Notes: a model not told the origin generated them from the letters alone. Positions 37,316-46,886 are shown, counted from the first letter of the stretch. The stretch: 64,000 nt of DNA from Massilia sp. (GCA_045810465.1 JBJMVW010000221.1:23197-87196); one strand, 5' to 3'. A program made the numbers and translations.

Positions 37316-37520
37316 CTGGGCCGGCCACGGCCGGGTGGAACTTTCGCGAGCGCGGGCGCACTAAACACTGGTGTCTCGCCGCGAAAGGGAAGGGTTCCGC
37401 CATGACCATACCGCCACACCTCCGGATTCCGCTGATCGTATTCTCGCTGCAGGCCGTGCTGCTGGCGGGCTCTGCGATGGTGTTCCTCGTACTGTTGCCG
37501 GGCCAGCACTAGGCGGCGGC

Positions 37521-38984
37521 TCAGCCGGCCGCCCGGCGTTCGACCGGGCCTGCGCGCCGGCGGTCGCCATCGCCTGCGCGCTCGGCAAACGCTTCCGGAT
37601 ACGGTCCGCCGGCAAAGCTTAGCGGGCCCGGCAGGCCGCACAGCCGGTCGAGCGGCAAGCCCGGCGCCAGCGCGGTTTCGTGGCCGGTGGCAGGGTCGAG
37701 GTGCCAGAAGCCGCCGTCGCGGTGGAACAGGAACGGCAGCAGCCGCGCCTGCGGCATTGCCTCGAGCCCGGCTTCGCCCGGATGCCGCTCCGGATCCAGC
37801 AGGCAATAGCATTCGGCGCCGGCCCCGCCGTCGGCGCGATGCAGGATCACGCCGTTGGGCAGCAGCGCCGTGACCGTCAGCACCACCACGCCCCGGATAC
37901 TGGCTGTCAGCTCGATGCGCATGCCGAGCCGGAGCGGCACCGGCACATGCTTGCCGGGCCAGGCTCCGTCGACCAGCAAGCCGTAGCGCGACACATCCTC
38001 GACCTGGTAGCCGTCGCGGCCGCGCCGGATGACCGCGTGGCGTCCCGACAGCCTGCGCGTCAGGCCAGACCGGTCCGCGCGCTCGTCGCTGAAGTGGCAC
38101 AGCAACAGGTCGGCCTCAGGCTCCTCCTGGTAACGGCCCAGCACCACCTCGTCCATTGCAAACAGGCGCACGTGGCCGGGCATTCCCGGCGCCGCATTGA
38201 CCAGGCAGGCCGCGCGGGCCGGGCAGGGATGCGGGCCGGCGTGGGCTGGCGTGTCGATTTCGATCAGGTCCTCGTCCCACGCGATCGTCGCGAGGCCGAC
38301 GTCGACCTTGCCCGGCTCCGCATCGAGATTGAGCTGCGCGATCGAGGCGTCGCGCGCGCTGACTTCGATGTCGAGCCGGCCGCTGGCCTGCGCGTTCACG
38401 CGCGCGATCGAGGCGTCGTCCGCGATGACGCGCACGTTCTTGTGGGTCGCGAGGAAGGCCTGGTGGATGTCGGCCAGCGTCGCGTCGGGGCGCGGCACAT
38501 TGACCACCAGCGTGCAGACCCAGCTGCGGGCCGAGCCAGGGATATGCTCGTGCCGGCTGTGCAGTTCGAGTTCGATGCGGTGCTGGCCGTGCTCGACCCC
38601 CCGCGAGGAAAACTCGATGAACACGGGGCGCCAATCGCCGCGCAGGGTGCGCGTGAACGTGTGGCGCTCGCCACCGTGCAGCACCAGTGCCGACTGCGCC
38701 AGCATCGCCAGCTGCGGCGCGGCGTCCATCGGCATGCCGCGCAGTTCGAGCTTGAGGGCCTGCCGGCCGCCGGCGGCGCGCGGGTCGAAACCGCTCACGT
38801 GCAGGTGCGGGCGCGGCAGCGGCGGCCGCGGCAGGATCGGATCAGGAGCAGCAGGGGCGTTGGGGCTGGCGGCAGGTGCAGGCTGCGGCGCTTGCCGATG
38901 GCCGTGCTGGCACGCCGCCTCGCCTGGCATCACCCAGACGGTGCAATGCGGATGCTCGGGATTGCGGCACTTGTTCATCGGCAA
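37521..38984 (-). CDS. FHA-domain protein with N-terminal Cys/His-rich (zinc-ribbon-like) segment
   Basis: FHA signature ...RRLSGRHAVIRRGRDGYQVEDVSRYGLLVDGA... N-terminus CRNPEHPHCTVWVMPGEAACQHGH. Confidence 0.65.
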   Translation of the reverse strand: MPMNKCRNPEHPHCTVWVMPGEAACQHGHRQAPQPAPAASPNAPAAPDPILPRPPLPRPHLHVSGFDPRAAGGRQALKLELRGMPMDAAPQLAMLAQSALVLHGGERHTFTRTLRGDWRPVFIEFSSRGVEHGQHRIELELHSRHEHIPGSARSWVCTLVVNVPRPDATLADIHQAFLATHKNVRVIADDASIARVNAQASGRLDIEVSARDASIAQLNLDAEPGKVDVGLATIAWDEDLIEIDTPAHAGPHPCPARAACLVNAAPGMPGHVRLFAMDEVVLGRYQEEPEADLLLCHFSDERADRSGLTRRLSGRHAVIRRGRDGYQVEDVSRYGLLVDGAWPGKHVPVPLRLGMRIELTASIRGVVVLTVTALLPNGVILHRADGGAGAECYCLLDPERHPGEAGLEAMPQARLLPFLFHRDGGFWHLDPATGHETALAPGLPLDRLCGLPGPLSFAGGPYPEAFAERAGDGDRRRAGPVERRAAG

Positions 38985-39115
38985 AACCAGTATGTGTACC
39001 GGCCGAGCTTACGCGTTTCCGCTGAACCGTGGCGCTCGCTATTCCCCGTGCCCACGCGCATGCATGCCTGAGTTGACTTTCGCGTGGGCACGGGGCGCCC
39101 ACCCTACTCCTCGCC

Positions 39116-40369
39116 TTAGATCGGCGTGTTGCGCTTGCCGGTGGCCAGCAGGGCGGCGTTGACCAGCACGCAGGCGCCGGCCGTTGCCAACGCGGCGCGC
39201 ACGCCGTAACCATCGGCGATCCGGCCCCAGAACAGGCTGCCCGCCGTGTAACCGCCTGCCATCACGAACAGGTAGATCGATAGCGTGCGGGCCCGCACCG
39301 TCGCCGGGAACGACAGCTGGGCCGCGGCGTTGAGCGTCGAGACGGTGGCCGACCAGGCCATGCCGCCGCAGACGATCAGCGGCACCAGTACCGCGAGCGA
39401 ATGGATGAACGGCATCGCGACCAGCATCGTCCCGTACACCAGCAGCGCGGCGGCCAGCACGTTGGTCTTGTCGAAGCGTGCGCGGATGTTCGGGAGGCAG
39501 AACGCGGCCGCCACCGCGCCCGCGCCCAGGCTCCCCATCAGCAGCCCGAACACGTGTGCGTCCATCCGCAGCACGTCGCGCACGAATACCGGCAGCAGGC
39601 CGGCGAATGCAATCGTCGAAAAGAACACGGTGCACACGTTGCGCAGGATGCGGCGGTAGCGCGGGCAGGCCAGCGCGGTGCGCAGGCCATGGCCCAGGCG
39701 TTCGAGGAAGGCGCCGTCGACGGTCGTTTGCGGCGTGCGCTCGCGCCACCACGACCAGTACACCAGCAGCAGCCCGGCAAACGACAGCGCGTTCGCCAGG
39801 AACAGGGCGCCCGGCCCGATCCACTTGAACAGCAGCCCGCCCAGAGCGGGACCGATGATCGCCGCGACGTTGTACGACAGGTTGTTGAGGGTGGCGGCCG
39901 CCTCGACTTCATCGGCCTCGACCAGGCCGGACATCGCAGCCTGCCAGGCCGGCCACAAGAACGCCGAACCGGCGCCCAGGCAGAACGTGACCGCGAGGAC
40001 CGGCGCGCTGGTCGCGTGGCCGCTGATCACCAGCAGCGCCATCGCCGATGCGCACAGCGCCATGAACAGATTACAGAAGAACAGGAATTTGGGACGGTCG
40101 ACGGCGTCCGCGACCACGCCGGCAAACAGCGTGAACAGGAAGATCGGGATGTAGGTCGCGGTCTGCACCAGTGTGGTGGTCGATGCCGAATGCGACAGCG
40201 ACGCGATCAGCCAGGCCGAGGCGAAGGTCTGGGTCCAGGTGCCGAGGTTCGAGACCAGGTTCGCGCACCACAGCCACCGGTAGCGCGGGTGCCGCAGCGG
40301 CTGCATCAGCGGGACTTTGCGGCGCGATCGGGGAGCGGCCAGCGGGGCGGTCAGGCTATCTTTCGACAT
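39116..40369 (-). CDS. MFS transporter (EntS/DUF-type, 12 TM)
   Basis: ORF 39116..40369(-); alternative start at 40306 (MQPLRHPRYRWLW). MFS hydrophobicity pattern. Confidence 0.75.
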   Translation of the reverse strand: MSKDSLTAPLAAPRSRRKVPLMQPLRHPRYRWLWCANLVSNLGTWTQTFASAWLIASLSHSASTTTLVQTATYIPIFLFTLFAGVVADAVDRPKFLFFCNLFMALCASAMALLVISGHATSAPVLAVTFCLGAGSAFLWPAWQAAMSGLVEADEVEAAATLNNLSYNVAAIIGPALGGLLFKWIGPGALFLANALSFAGLLLVYWSWWRERTPQTTVDGAFLERLGHGLRTALACPRYRRILRNVCTVFFSTIAFAGLLPVFVRDVLRMDAHVFGLLMGSLGAGAVAAAFCLPNIRARFDKTNVLAAALLVYGTMLVAMPFIHSLAVLVPLIVCGGMAWSATVSTLNAAAQLSFPATVRARTLSIYLFVMAGGYTAGSLFWGRIADGYGVRAALATAGACVLVNAALLATGKRNTPI

Positions 40370-40477
40370 GGTGGGACCAGTCTACGTTTGCTCGGTGTTG
40401 CTCGTCAACAAAACTGCTCTACAGCAATAGCGGTCTATGGTATTTTCATGGTTTTGCCAACGTGACAGTCCGACAAG

Positions 40478-41053
40478 ATGCTGATCCGTCCAATCGAGCA
40501 AACCGACATCGCGGCGGTGGCGCGCCTGCTGCACGCCCTCGCGCGCGAGTTCATCGTCCACGAAGCGAGCGTGGAGGAGGCGTGCACCTTCCTGCGTGAA
40601 AACGACGAGGACAGCCTGCGCGGTTTCATCGAGCGCGGCTACGCCTACCACGTGGCGCTGGCCGGCGGCGAGATCGCCGGCTTCGTCGCGGTGCGCGAGC
40701 GCAGCCACCTGTACCACCTGTTCGTCGACAAACGCTGGCAGCGCCAGGGCCTGGCGCGGCGCCTGTGGGACGTGGCGCGCAGCGCGGCGCTCGCCGCCGG
40801 CAACGGCGGCACATTCACGGTCAACTCATCGAACCTCGCGGTGCCGGTGTACGAGTCGTTCGGATTCGTGCGCACCGCGCCCATGCAGTGCGTGCGCGGT
40901 GTGCGTTTCAACCCGATGCTGCTGACGCTACCCGTGTCGCGTGCGCTCGGGAGCGCACACTACGGCATCGTCAGCGCCGCGCCTCATTTTGCTTTCGCAG
41001 CCACAGGCTGCTTACCCAGCCGCGCTGTGCGCGCCCGTCTACCCGCACGCTGA
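40478..41053 (+). CDS. GNAT-family N-acetyltransferase
   Basis: MLIRPIEQTDIAAV...VDKRWQRQGLARRLW (Q/RxxGxG/A acetyl-CoA motif). Confidence 0.6.
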   Translation: MLIRPIEQTDIAAVARLLHALAREFIVHEASVEEACTFLRENDEDSLRGFIERGYAYHVALAGGEIAGFVAVRERSHLYHLFVDKRWQRQGLARRLWDVARSAALAAGNGGTFTVNSSNLAVPVYESFGFVRTAPMQCVRGVRFNPMLLTLPVSRALGSAHYGIVSAAPHFAFAATGCLPSRAVRARLPAR

Positions 41054-41411
41054 CCTCCCACCAGTCGCCGCTGCGCACACCGGTTGGCGTGACGGCGGCG
41101 CCTGCCGGGACCACGGCGACGCGGCGCGCCGATACGCCGGTGCCGGTGCGCAGGTTCAGGTCGTCGTAGGCGCGGTAGCTGGAACCCAACGCGCCCGCCG
41201 CGTTCGCCAATTGCGCGGCGTGCGCGGGCGGCGCGTCGAACAACCGAAGCAGCCCGCTCCCGATCCCGACGGTGCCCACCACCAGCACCGCGAGCGCGCG
41301 CGCGTTCGGCCGGCGCCACCAGCCGTGCGGCGTCAGCCAGGCGGCCAGGATCAGGGTCGCCACCAGCGCCGCGCAAAACACGGCCACGGTTAATACGGTC
41401 GCGGCGCCCAT
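40971..41411 (-). CDS. Membrane-anchored SH3b-domain protein (146 aa)
   Basis: Only the C-terminal part of long ORF 40971..41903(-) is credible. ATG at 41409-41411 is 7 nt downstream of the FHA gene stop. TM helix plus YDDLNLRTGTGVSARRVAVVPAGAAVTPTGVRSGDWWEVSVRVDGRAQRGWVSSLWL (SH3_3-like). Confidence 0.55.
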   Translation of the reverse strand: MGAATVLTVAVFCAALVATLILAAWLTPHGWWRRPNARALAVLVVGTVGIGSGLLRLFDAPPAHAAQLANAAGALGSSYRAYDDLNLRTGTGVSARRVAVVPAGAAVTPTGVRSGDWWEVSVRVDGRAQRGWVSSLWLRKQNEARR

Positions 41412-41418
41412 CGCTGGC

Positions 41419-42969
41419 CTACGCGTCGAAGCGCAGCACGTAATGGCCCGCCACCAGGTGGTGCCCCGGCGGCAGCAGGTATGGGCGCTCGGCCGATGCG
41501 TCCTCGATCGCCGCCACGTAGCGCAACTCGTCGTCGAGGTGGTACAGCGCCTGGGTCGGCGACAGGCGCGCGATCCGGTAGCCATCCGGCGCGGCTTCGA
41601 AGCTGAAGGCGTTGCGCGACAGGCCAAGCCGGTCCGCGCTGGCGGTATCGACGCCATCGGCACGGCGCAGGAAGCGCGGCGAATCGAGCACCCGCAGCGC
41701 GGCCAGCATCGGCGCGCTGCGCCCGAACACGAACGGCATGCCGGTGGCGACCGGCAGGCCGGGCGCCTGCGGCAGGCACAGGATCGCGCGGTAGCGCTCG
41801 GCCATCGCGGGAGCGACCGCCAGCAGGCGCACCGCGGTCGCGTCGAGCGGCGTGAAACTGGACGGCACGTCGATCCGCTGGCGTCCGGCGGCTGTGATCG
41901 CATGCACGTCGTCCGCGTCGTCGACCGCGAAGCTGATCACCGCATCCTTTCCATGCGGCGTAGGCGCCAGCGCGCGATTGAGGCCGATTTCGAGGGCCAG
42001 CGCGCCGGTCTCGCGGTAGCGCGACAGGCGCGGCAACGCGAGCGCGGCCAGGCTCACGCGCTGGCGCGCGACCGGCGCATAGGTGGCGTCGCTTTCCGGC
42101 GCCGGCGCCGCCTGGGGCGGCCGCTGGGCGACGGGGACGGCGGTCAGCTCGGGGTCGGCATCGAGCTGGCCGCGCGCCTTCCACACGGCCGGCGCCGCAA
42201 TCGGCCGCGCCGTCGGCATCGGCGCGGCCGGGACGCCGGTCCGCGTCACTTTCATGAACAGGCGCGGCGCACCGCCCGCAGCGTCGGCGCCCGCGCGCCT
42301 GGCGCGGATCGTGTAGTAGCCGCTGGCGGCGTCGAAGCTGCAATCGAAAGCGTCCTTCGGGCGCACCTGGACTTCGATCGGCGCGTCCGGCCCATCGTTC
42401 ACCAGCAGCACTGCGCCCTGGTCGCCGAACGGCCAGCCCGGCACCGCGTGGGTGGCGCTGGCTTCGTCCTGCCCGACCAGGGTCAGGCGCTGGTTCGGGT
42501 AGATCGGGCACACCGGGTGCCAGATCGCGCTGTCGCGCGAGACGCTCACCGTGTACAGTATTTTCTCGCCCGGGGCCGGCAGGTACACCGCGTGGCCGAA
42601 CTTGACTTCGACCTGGCCCGGTTCGAGCGTCCCGGCGCCGACCACGTCGTAGCGCACTTCGTCGCTGCCGAGCAGGTCGCCGAAGTCTTTCTGGTGCAGT
42701 GCGGCCAGCGTTTGCGCGAGGTCGCGCACGCGGGCGCCGCGCGTGAGGTGGCGGTCGTCGTCGACGTCGTCCTGCGGCAGCACCAGTGTCACGTGCGAGA
42801 AGCAGCGCGTGGCCATCCGTCCGCGCTGCTCGCGCGGCGAGCGCTCGAGCAGGTCGCGCAGCAGGGGGCGGCGCGCGAACAGCGCCAGCCCCGGCGCCTG
42901 CCAGAGCGCTTCGGCATTGAACACATCGTGAACCTTGCCAAGCACTTCATGTTGGACATAGACCGGCAT
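41419..42969 (-). CDS. FhaA-like protein: N-terminal uncharacterised domain + C-terminal FHA domain
   Basis: C-terminal ...GLSRNAFSFEAAPDGYRIARLSPTQALYHLDDELRYVAAIE...GHHLVAGHYVLRF (FHA-like). 23-nt overlap with the upstream FHA-SEDS gene. Confidence 0.6.
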   Translation of the reverse strand: MPVYVQHEVLGKVHDVFNAEALWQAPGLALFARRPLLRDLLERSPREQRGRMATRCFSHVTLVLPQDDVDDDRHLTRGARVRDLAQTLAALHQKDFGDLLGSDEVRYDVVGAGTLEPGQVEVKFGHAVYLPAPGEKILYTVSVSRDSAIWHPVCPIYPNQRLTLVGQDEASATHAVPGWPFGDQGAVLLVNDGPDAPIEVQVRPKDAFDCSFDAASGYYTIRARRAGADAAGGAPRLFMKVTRTGVPAAPMPTARPIAAPAVWKARGQLDADPELTAVPVAQRPPQAAPAPESDATYAPVARQRVSLAALALPRLSRYRETGALALEIGLNRALAPTPHGKDAVISFAVDDADDVHAITAAGRQRIDVPSSFTPLDATAVRLLAVAPAMAERYRAILCLPQAPGLPVATGMPFVFGRSAPMLAALRVLDSPRFLRRADGVDTASADRLGLSRNAFSFEAAPDGYRIARLSPTQALYHLDDELRYVAAIEDASAERPYLLPPGHHLVAGHYVLRFDA

Positions 42970-45289
42970 GATGACTCTCCTCTAAAGATTGGGCGCTCGC
43001 CGCATCGAACGCTAGCAGGGGGCAGATGAAAAACAGCAGGTGCGAGCCGCCGGCCGACAAAAAGCTCATCGGCTGGCCCATGATCGGGAAGATGGCGAGG
43101 TTGGTCCCCCACGACAGCAGGAAGTGGCCGAGCACGAAGCCGGCCCCGCCGCACAGCGCAAAGCAGCGAAAGCGCGCCAGCCACGCGTGGCGGAAGTCGC
43201 GCGCCTGCACGCTCGCGGCCCAAGCGCGGGCGGCGGTCTGCAGCAGGCCGACCAGGAACAGCGCCTGCAGCGCCCACAGTGCCAGTGCGGCGGCCAGGCC
43301 GTGCCGGTTCACGAAGAACGAGGGCGCGAAGTCGTCCTGCACCGCCGGGATGCGGGTGGCGGGGCCGGCCGGCTGTCCGAGTGTGCTCACGCCGAGCAGG
43401 CTGTCGGTCCCGAGCCAGCCGCCCTCGGCGACCGCACTGGCGCCCAGCAGCAGCTGCTGGCCGGTGTGCGGGTGCGTGGCCGGATCGAGCCAGACCAGGA
43501 AACGGTCGGCGTAAAAATCAAACTGCGCGAGCTGCGCCGGGCCGGCGCTGCGCAGGGCGCCGATGCCGAGCACCGTGGCGCAGGCCAGCGCCGCCAGCGC
43601 CAGCACCGCCGACGGCCTGCGCGCGGCCAGCGCCCAGGCCAGCGCCATCGTGCCGCCCCATACCAGCAGCAGGATCAGCGGCGAATAATCGTCCACCTGG
43701 ACCAGCGCCACGCCGAGCAGGGTCACGAACAGCAGCGCGGGCGCGAATAGCCGCAGCCAGCGCAGCGCGGTCGCGCCGGTGTGGGCGCCAAGGCCGATCG
43801 CCATGCAGTGCGCGGTAAGGGCGGCCAGCGCGAGCTTGGCGAATTCGACCGGCTGCAGGTCGAACACGCCGGTTTCGTCACCGTGGATCACCTGCAGCGC
43901 CAGCGCTGCAAGGGCGCCGGCGGCGAGCAGCAGCAACCAGCGTTCGGCCCGGGCTTGCGGCATCGGGATGCGCGGCAGCGCTGTGCAAAGCCAGGTGCCC
44001 GCCCCAAGGCCGAGCGCCAGCAGTGCCGCGCTCTTGTGGAAGTGGCGCGGCCACGACGAGTCCATCACGCCCAGCCCCAGTTCGAGCTGGGCCAGCAGGC
44101 CGGCCGCGAGCAGCAGCACGCCAGCCATGAAGGCCAGGTCGAGGCGCCTCGGCGCCAGCGTCGCGTACCACAGGGCCGCCCACGCCAGCATCAGCGACAG
44201 CCCGATGGCGGGCGGCGTTCCGCCACGCTGGAGCACGAGCGAGCCGAGGCCGGCCACGACCAGCAGGGCGCCGGCGGCCGACCGGATTGCCGCGCCGGTG
44301 CGCTGGGTGCGCGTGCTCCGGCGCCAGGCGGCACAGGCGCCAGCCAGCACGGCGCAGCCGAGCGCCAGCGCGCACAGCCACCCAACTGGCAGCGGCGCCG
44401 CCCACAGGCTGCGCCGCTGCCATTGCCACGTTACCTGCGGTGGCAACTGGACCTGGCGCTCGGCATACAGCCCCACATGGCTGACGGGCCGCAGGCGCAG
44501 CGTGGCCCCATCGGCCGCTGCCAGCAGCCTGGTGTGGCCAGCCACGATCGCGCCGGCGCCGCCGAGGGCTTCCTCCAGGCGCGCCAGCTCGGTCGCGCTG
44601 TCGCCGTCGATGATGACCAGCGGCGTACGGCCCGCGCCCGCCGGTGCGTTCAGCAGCAGCGTCGGGCCGACGCTTGCGATGGACGCACTGCCAGGCGCCA
44701 CGCCCGCGATGCCGATCCGGTTGCCGCAGTGGAGATTGCCGCCGAAGGTGATCGGCCCGGCCAGCGAGAGCGCATGCGGCATGCAGCGGTTCCAGGCCGC
44801 GGTGGCGCGCGCGCCGATGCCGGCGCCGGGGCAGGGCGGTTGGGCAGCGCCGTCGCGCTCGAGGGTCGCGCCGTCGTAGTGCCAGCGGTGGGAGGCGCCG
44901 GTGAAGCGGGCGTCGCGTGCGCTGGCCGCGGCGACATCGAACGCTGCGACGCCAAGCTGGAAGCGCTGTCCCGCGTGCAGCGGCGTGCTGCCGGTCGCGC
45001 GGTCCTTGCCGTCGCGCTGGACCAGCAATTGGCGGCCGCCGGCGTTGTGCAGCCACCAGGCGCCCGCGCCATCGCGCCGCAGCGCCAGGTGGGACTGGTC
45101 GGCCTGCGGCGCCGCCAGCTCGTGGCGGCCAAGCGTGAGCGACTCCCCCGGCAGCAGCGTGACCTCGATGGATTCGGGCGCCCAGGCGGCCGGTGCGCGC
45201 AGCAGGCATAGCAACTGCAGCGCGCACAGGAGGGCGAGCGCGCAAGCGGCCGGCGACAGCTCCGCGGCGGACCTGGCGTACCTGTTCAT
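42947..45289 (-). CDS. FHA-domain / SEDS-family (RodA/FtsW-like) peptidoglycan glycosyltransferase fusion
   Basis: N-terminal LTLGRHELAAP...SHLALRRDG...GQRFQLG (FHA-like). About 10 TM helices. C-terminal SEDS signature ...NLAIFPIMGQPMSFLSAGGSHLLFF. 4-nt overlap with the kinase gene. Confidence 0.75.
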   Translation of the reverse strand: MNRYARSAAELSPAACALALLCALQLLCLLRAPAAWAPESIEVTLLPGESLTLGRHELAAPQADQSHLALRRDGAGAWWLHNAGGRQLLVQRDGKDRATGSTPLHAGQRFQLGVAAFDVAAASARDARFTGASHRWHYDGATLERDGAAQPPCPGAGIGARATAAWNRCMPHALSLAGPITFGGNLHCGNRIGIAGVAPGSASIASVGPTLLLNAPAGAGRTPLVIIDGDSATELARLEEALGGAGAIVAGHTRLLAAADGATLRLRPVSHVGLYAERQVQLPPQVTWQWQRRSLWAAPLPVGWLCALALGCAVLAGACAAWRRSTRTQRTGAAIRSAAGALLVVAGLGSLVLQRGGTPPAIGLSLMLAWAALWYATLAPRRLDLAFMAGVLLLAAGLLAQLELGLGVMDSSWPRHFHKSAALLALGLGAGTWLCTALPRIPMPQARAERWLLLLAAGALAALALQVIHGDETGVFDLQPVEFAKLALAALTAHCMAIGLGAHTGATALRWLRLFAPALLFVTLLGVALVQVDDYSPLILLLVWGGTMALAWALAARRPSAVLALAALACATVLGIGALRSAGPAQLAQFDFYADRFLVWLDPATHPHTGQQLLLGASAVAEGGWLGTDSLLGVSTLGQPAGPATRIPAVQDDFAPSFFVNRHGLAAALALWALQALFLVGLLQTAARAWAASVQARDFRHAWLARFRCFALCGGAGFVLGHFLLSWGTNLAIFPIMGQPMSFLSAGGSHLLFFICPLLAFDAASAQSLEESHHAGLCPT

Positions 45290-46275
45290 GCCGCGCTCCG
45301 CCAGCTGGCTGGCGCCTGCACGGCTTGCCGTACCCGCGCGATCATCCGGCTGATCTCGAGTGCATGGCGCGGCCGCTGTTCGCGCCGCGCGGCGAGCAAC
45401 GAGCGCAGCATGTCCAGCGCCGCGCCGCCACGGTGCGCCGAGCGCGCTGCCACGCCCGCGCGCTGCGCGAACAGCACTTCCTCGCCGGCGTCGAGCACGG
45501 GCGGCAGCGCGCCGCCGTGCTGCGCCAGCAGCCGGTTGGCCCCGCCCGGGCCGTGTGCCCGGAAGGCTTCACCGCAGGCGCTGCAAAAGCGCAGCGGCTG
45601 GCCACCGGTGACGAGGTAATAGAACAGCGCCCCGAGCGCGAAATAATCGGTGCGCGCGTCGGTGTGGTAACCCTGCGCGCGATCGCCGAAGAACTGTTCG
45701 GGCGCCTGCCAGTTCGCGGTGCCGGTGTACGAATGCGGATGCGGCTCGGACAGCAGCCGGTTGGTGCCGAAGTCGGCCAGCTTCAGGCCGCGCTGGCCGT
45801 CGAGCAGCAGGTTGCCGGGCTTGAGGTCGAGGTAGCGCCAGCCGTACTGGTGGACCTTGGCCAGCGCCTGGTTGACCTGCGCGATCCAGTCGAGCGCCAG
45901 CATGAACGGGATCGGACGGCCCGCTGCGCGCCGGGCGGCGACGTGCCGGCCAAGGTCGCCGTCGAGCAGTTCGAGCGCCATCGCCGGCAGCCCTTCATGG
46001 ACGCCGCTGTCGAGCAGGCGCACGATGTGGCGCTGGTCCCACGGCTGCAGCGCGCCGAGGAAGCCGATTTCATTGGTGGCGCAGGCGACCCAGCGATCGC
46101 GCTGGCCCGCATCGGCGCCCTCCATCTGCTCGCGGTTGACCAGCTTGATCGCGACCTGGCCGATGCGCGCCGGGCCGTCGGCGCGCCACAGCACGCCGTA
46201 CGCCGATCCCGCCAGCCGGTCGCGCAAGCGGTACTGGCCCGCGGCCAGCGTGACGATGGACCCTGCCTGCTGCAT
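45286..46275 (-). CDS. Ser/Thr protein kinase (Hanks-type, 329 aa, no obvious TM)
   Basis: Gly-rich loop region/VAIK (QVAIKLV), catalytic loop YLDLKPGNLLLD, DFG (LADFGTN), APE-like (WQAPEQ). Confidence 0.8.
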   Translation of the reverse strand: MQQAGSIVTLAAGQYRLRDRLAGSAYGVLWRADGPARIGQVAIKLVNREQMEGADAGQRDRWVACATNEIGFLGALQPWDQRHIVRLLDSGVHEGLPAMALELLDGDLGRHVAARRAAGRPIPFMLALDWIAQVNQALAKVHQYGWRYLDLKPGNLLLDGQRGLKLADFGTNRLLSEPHPHSYTGTANWQAPEQFFGDRAQGYHTDARTDYFALGALFYYLVTGGQPLRFCSACGEAFRAHGPGGANRLLAQHGGALPPVLDAGEEVLFAQRAGVAARSAHRGGAALDMLRSLLAARREQRPRHALEISRMIARVRQAVQAPASWRSAA

Positions 46276-46348
46276 GCTTCCTCCTCGCTCGTGCGGCCCG
46301 GTTGCCGCCGCCAGCAGCTAGCGGGGGGAGGGGAAAAACCGGCAGGCG

Positions 46349-46374
46349 AAAAAAAGCCGCGCACCCGGCGCGGC
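46349..46374 (-). terminator. Rho-independent terminator for the glycine-zipper gene
   Basis: On the minus strand: GCCGCGCC-GGGT-GCGCGGC followed by TTTTTTT, 24 nt after the stop at 46398. Confidence 0.65.
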
Positions 46375-46397
46375 TTCGTGTTTGCCAGCCCGGCCGA

Positions 46398-46886
46398 TCA
46401 GCGGCCGTGGCCCCAGCGGCCGCCATCGTGGCCGCGGTCGCCGCGGTCCCAACCACGGTCATGGCCGCGATCCCAGCCACGGTCATGGCCACGGTCGTAG
46501 TAGCCGCGGTCGTAGTAGCCACGGCCCGCGTTCACGTACACCACTTCCGGCCGGCTGTAGTAGCGCGGCTGTTCGTAGTACACCGGGCGCGACTCGACGT
46601 AGACCGGCGCCGGCTGGTAGTAGCTCGCGCTGCTATAGCCGCGGTTGTCGTAGTAGTAACCCGAGTTGTAGCGGCGGTCGTCGTTGGTCGACAGCGAGTT
46701 GCCCACTGCCGCGCCCAGCACGCCGCCGACGATTGCGCCGTCGCGTCCGCCTGCACCGTGCCCGATGGCGGCGCCGAGCAGCGCGCCGACAGCCGTGTTC
46801 GCCCCGCGATCGTCAGCCATTGCCGTGGTCGACGAGACGGCAGCAGCGGCCAGGATCACCGCACCAAAGCATTTCTTGTTCAACAT
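46398..46886 (-). CDS. Glycine-zipper (2TM/17-kDa-antigen-like) lipoprotein with Tyr/Arg/Asp-rich repetitive tail
   Basis: Signal peptide MLNKKCFGAVILAAAAV. GALLGAAIGHGAGGRDGAIVGGVLGAAVG glycine zipper. Tail YYDRGYYDRGHDRGWDRGHDRGWDRG. Confidence 0.6.
   Translation of the reverse strand: MLNKKCFGAVILAAAAVSSTTAMADDRGANTAVGALLGAAIGHGAGGRDGAIVGGVLGAAVGNSLSTNDDRRYNSGYYYDNRGYSSASYYQPAPVYVESRPVYYEQPRYYSRPEVVYVNAGRGYYDRGYYDRGHDRGWDRGHDRGWDRGDRGHDGGRWGHGR

Noticed and set aside
37401-37511. 36-aa hydrophobic ORF (MTIPPHLRIPLIVFSLQAVLLAGSAMVFLVLLPGQH) after the second pirin gene
   Set aside because: It is the tail of an alternative-frame ORF with only a weak RBS. It could be a real small membrane protein but cannot be supported from sequence alone
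40971-41903. 310-aa minus-strand ORF
   Set aside because: Only the C-terminal 146 aa (TM + SH3b, start 41411, 7 nt after the FHA gene stop) is credible. The upstream part overlaps the FHA gene in another frame and is Arg/Cys/Thr-rich junk
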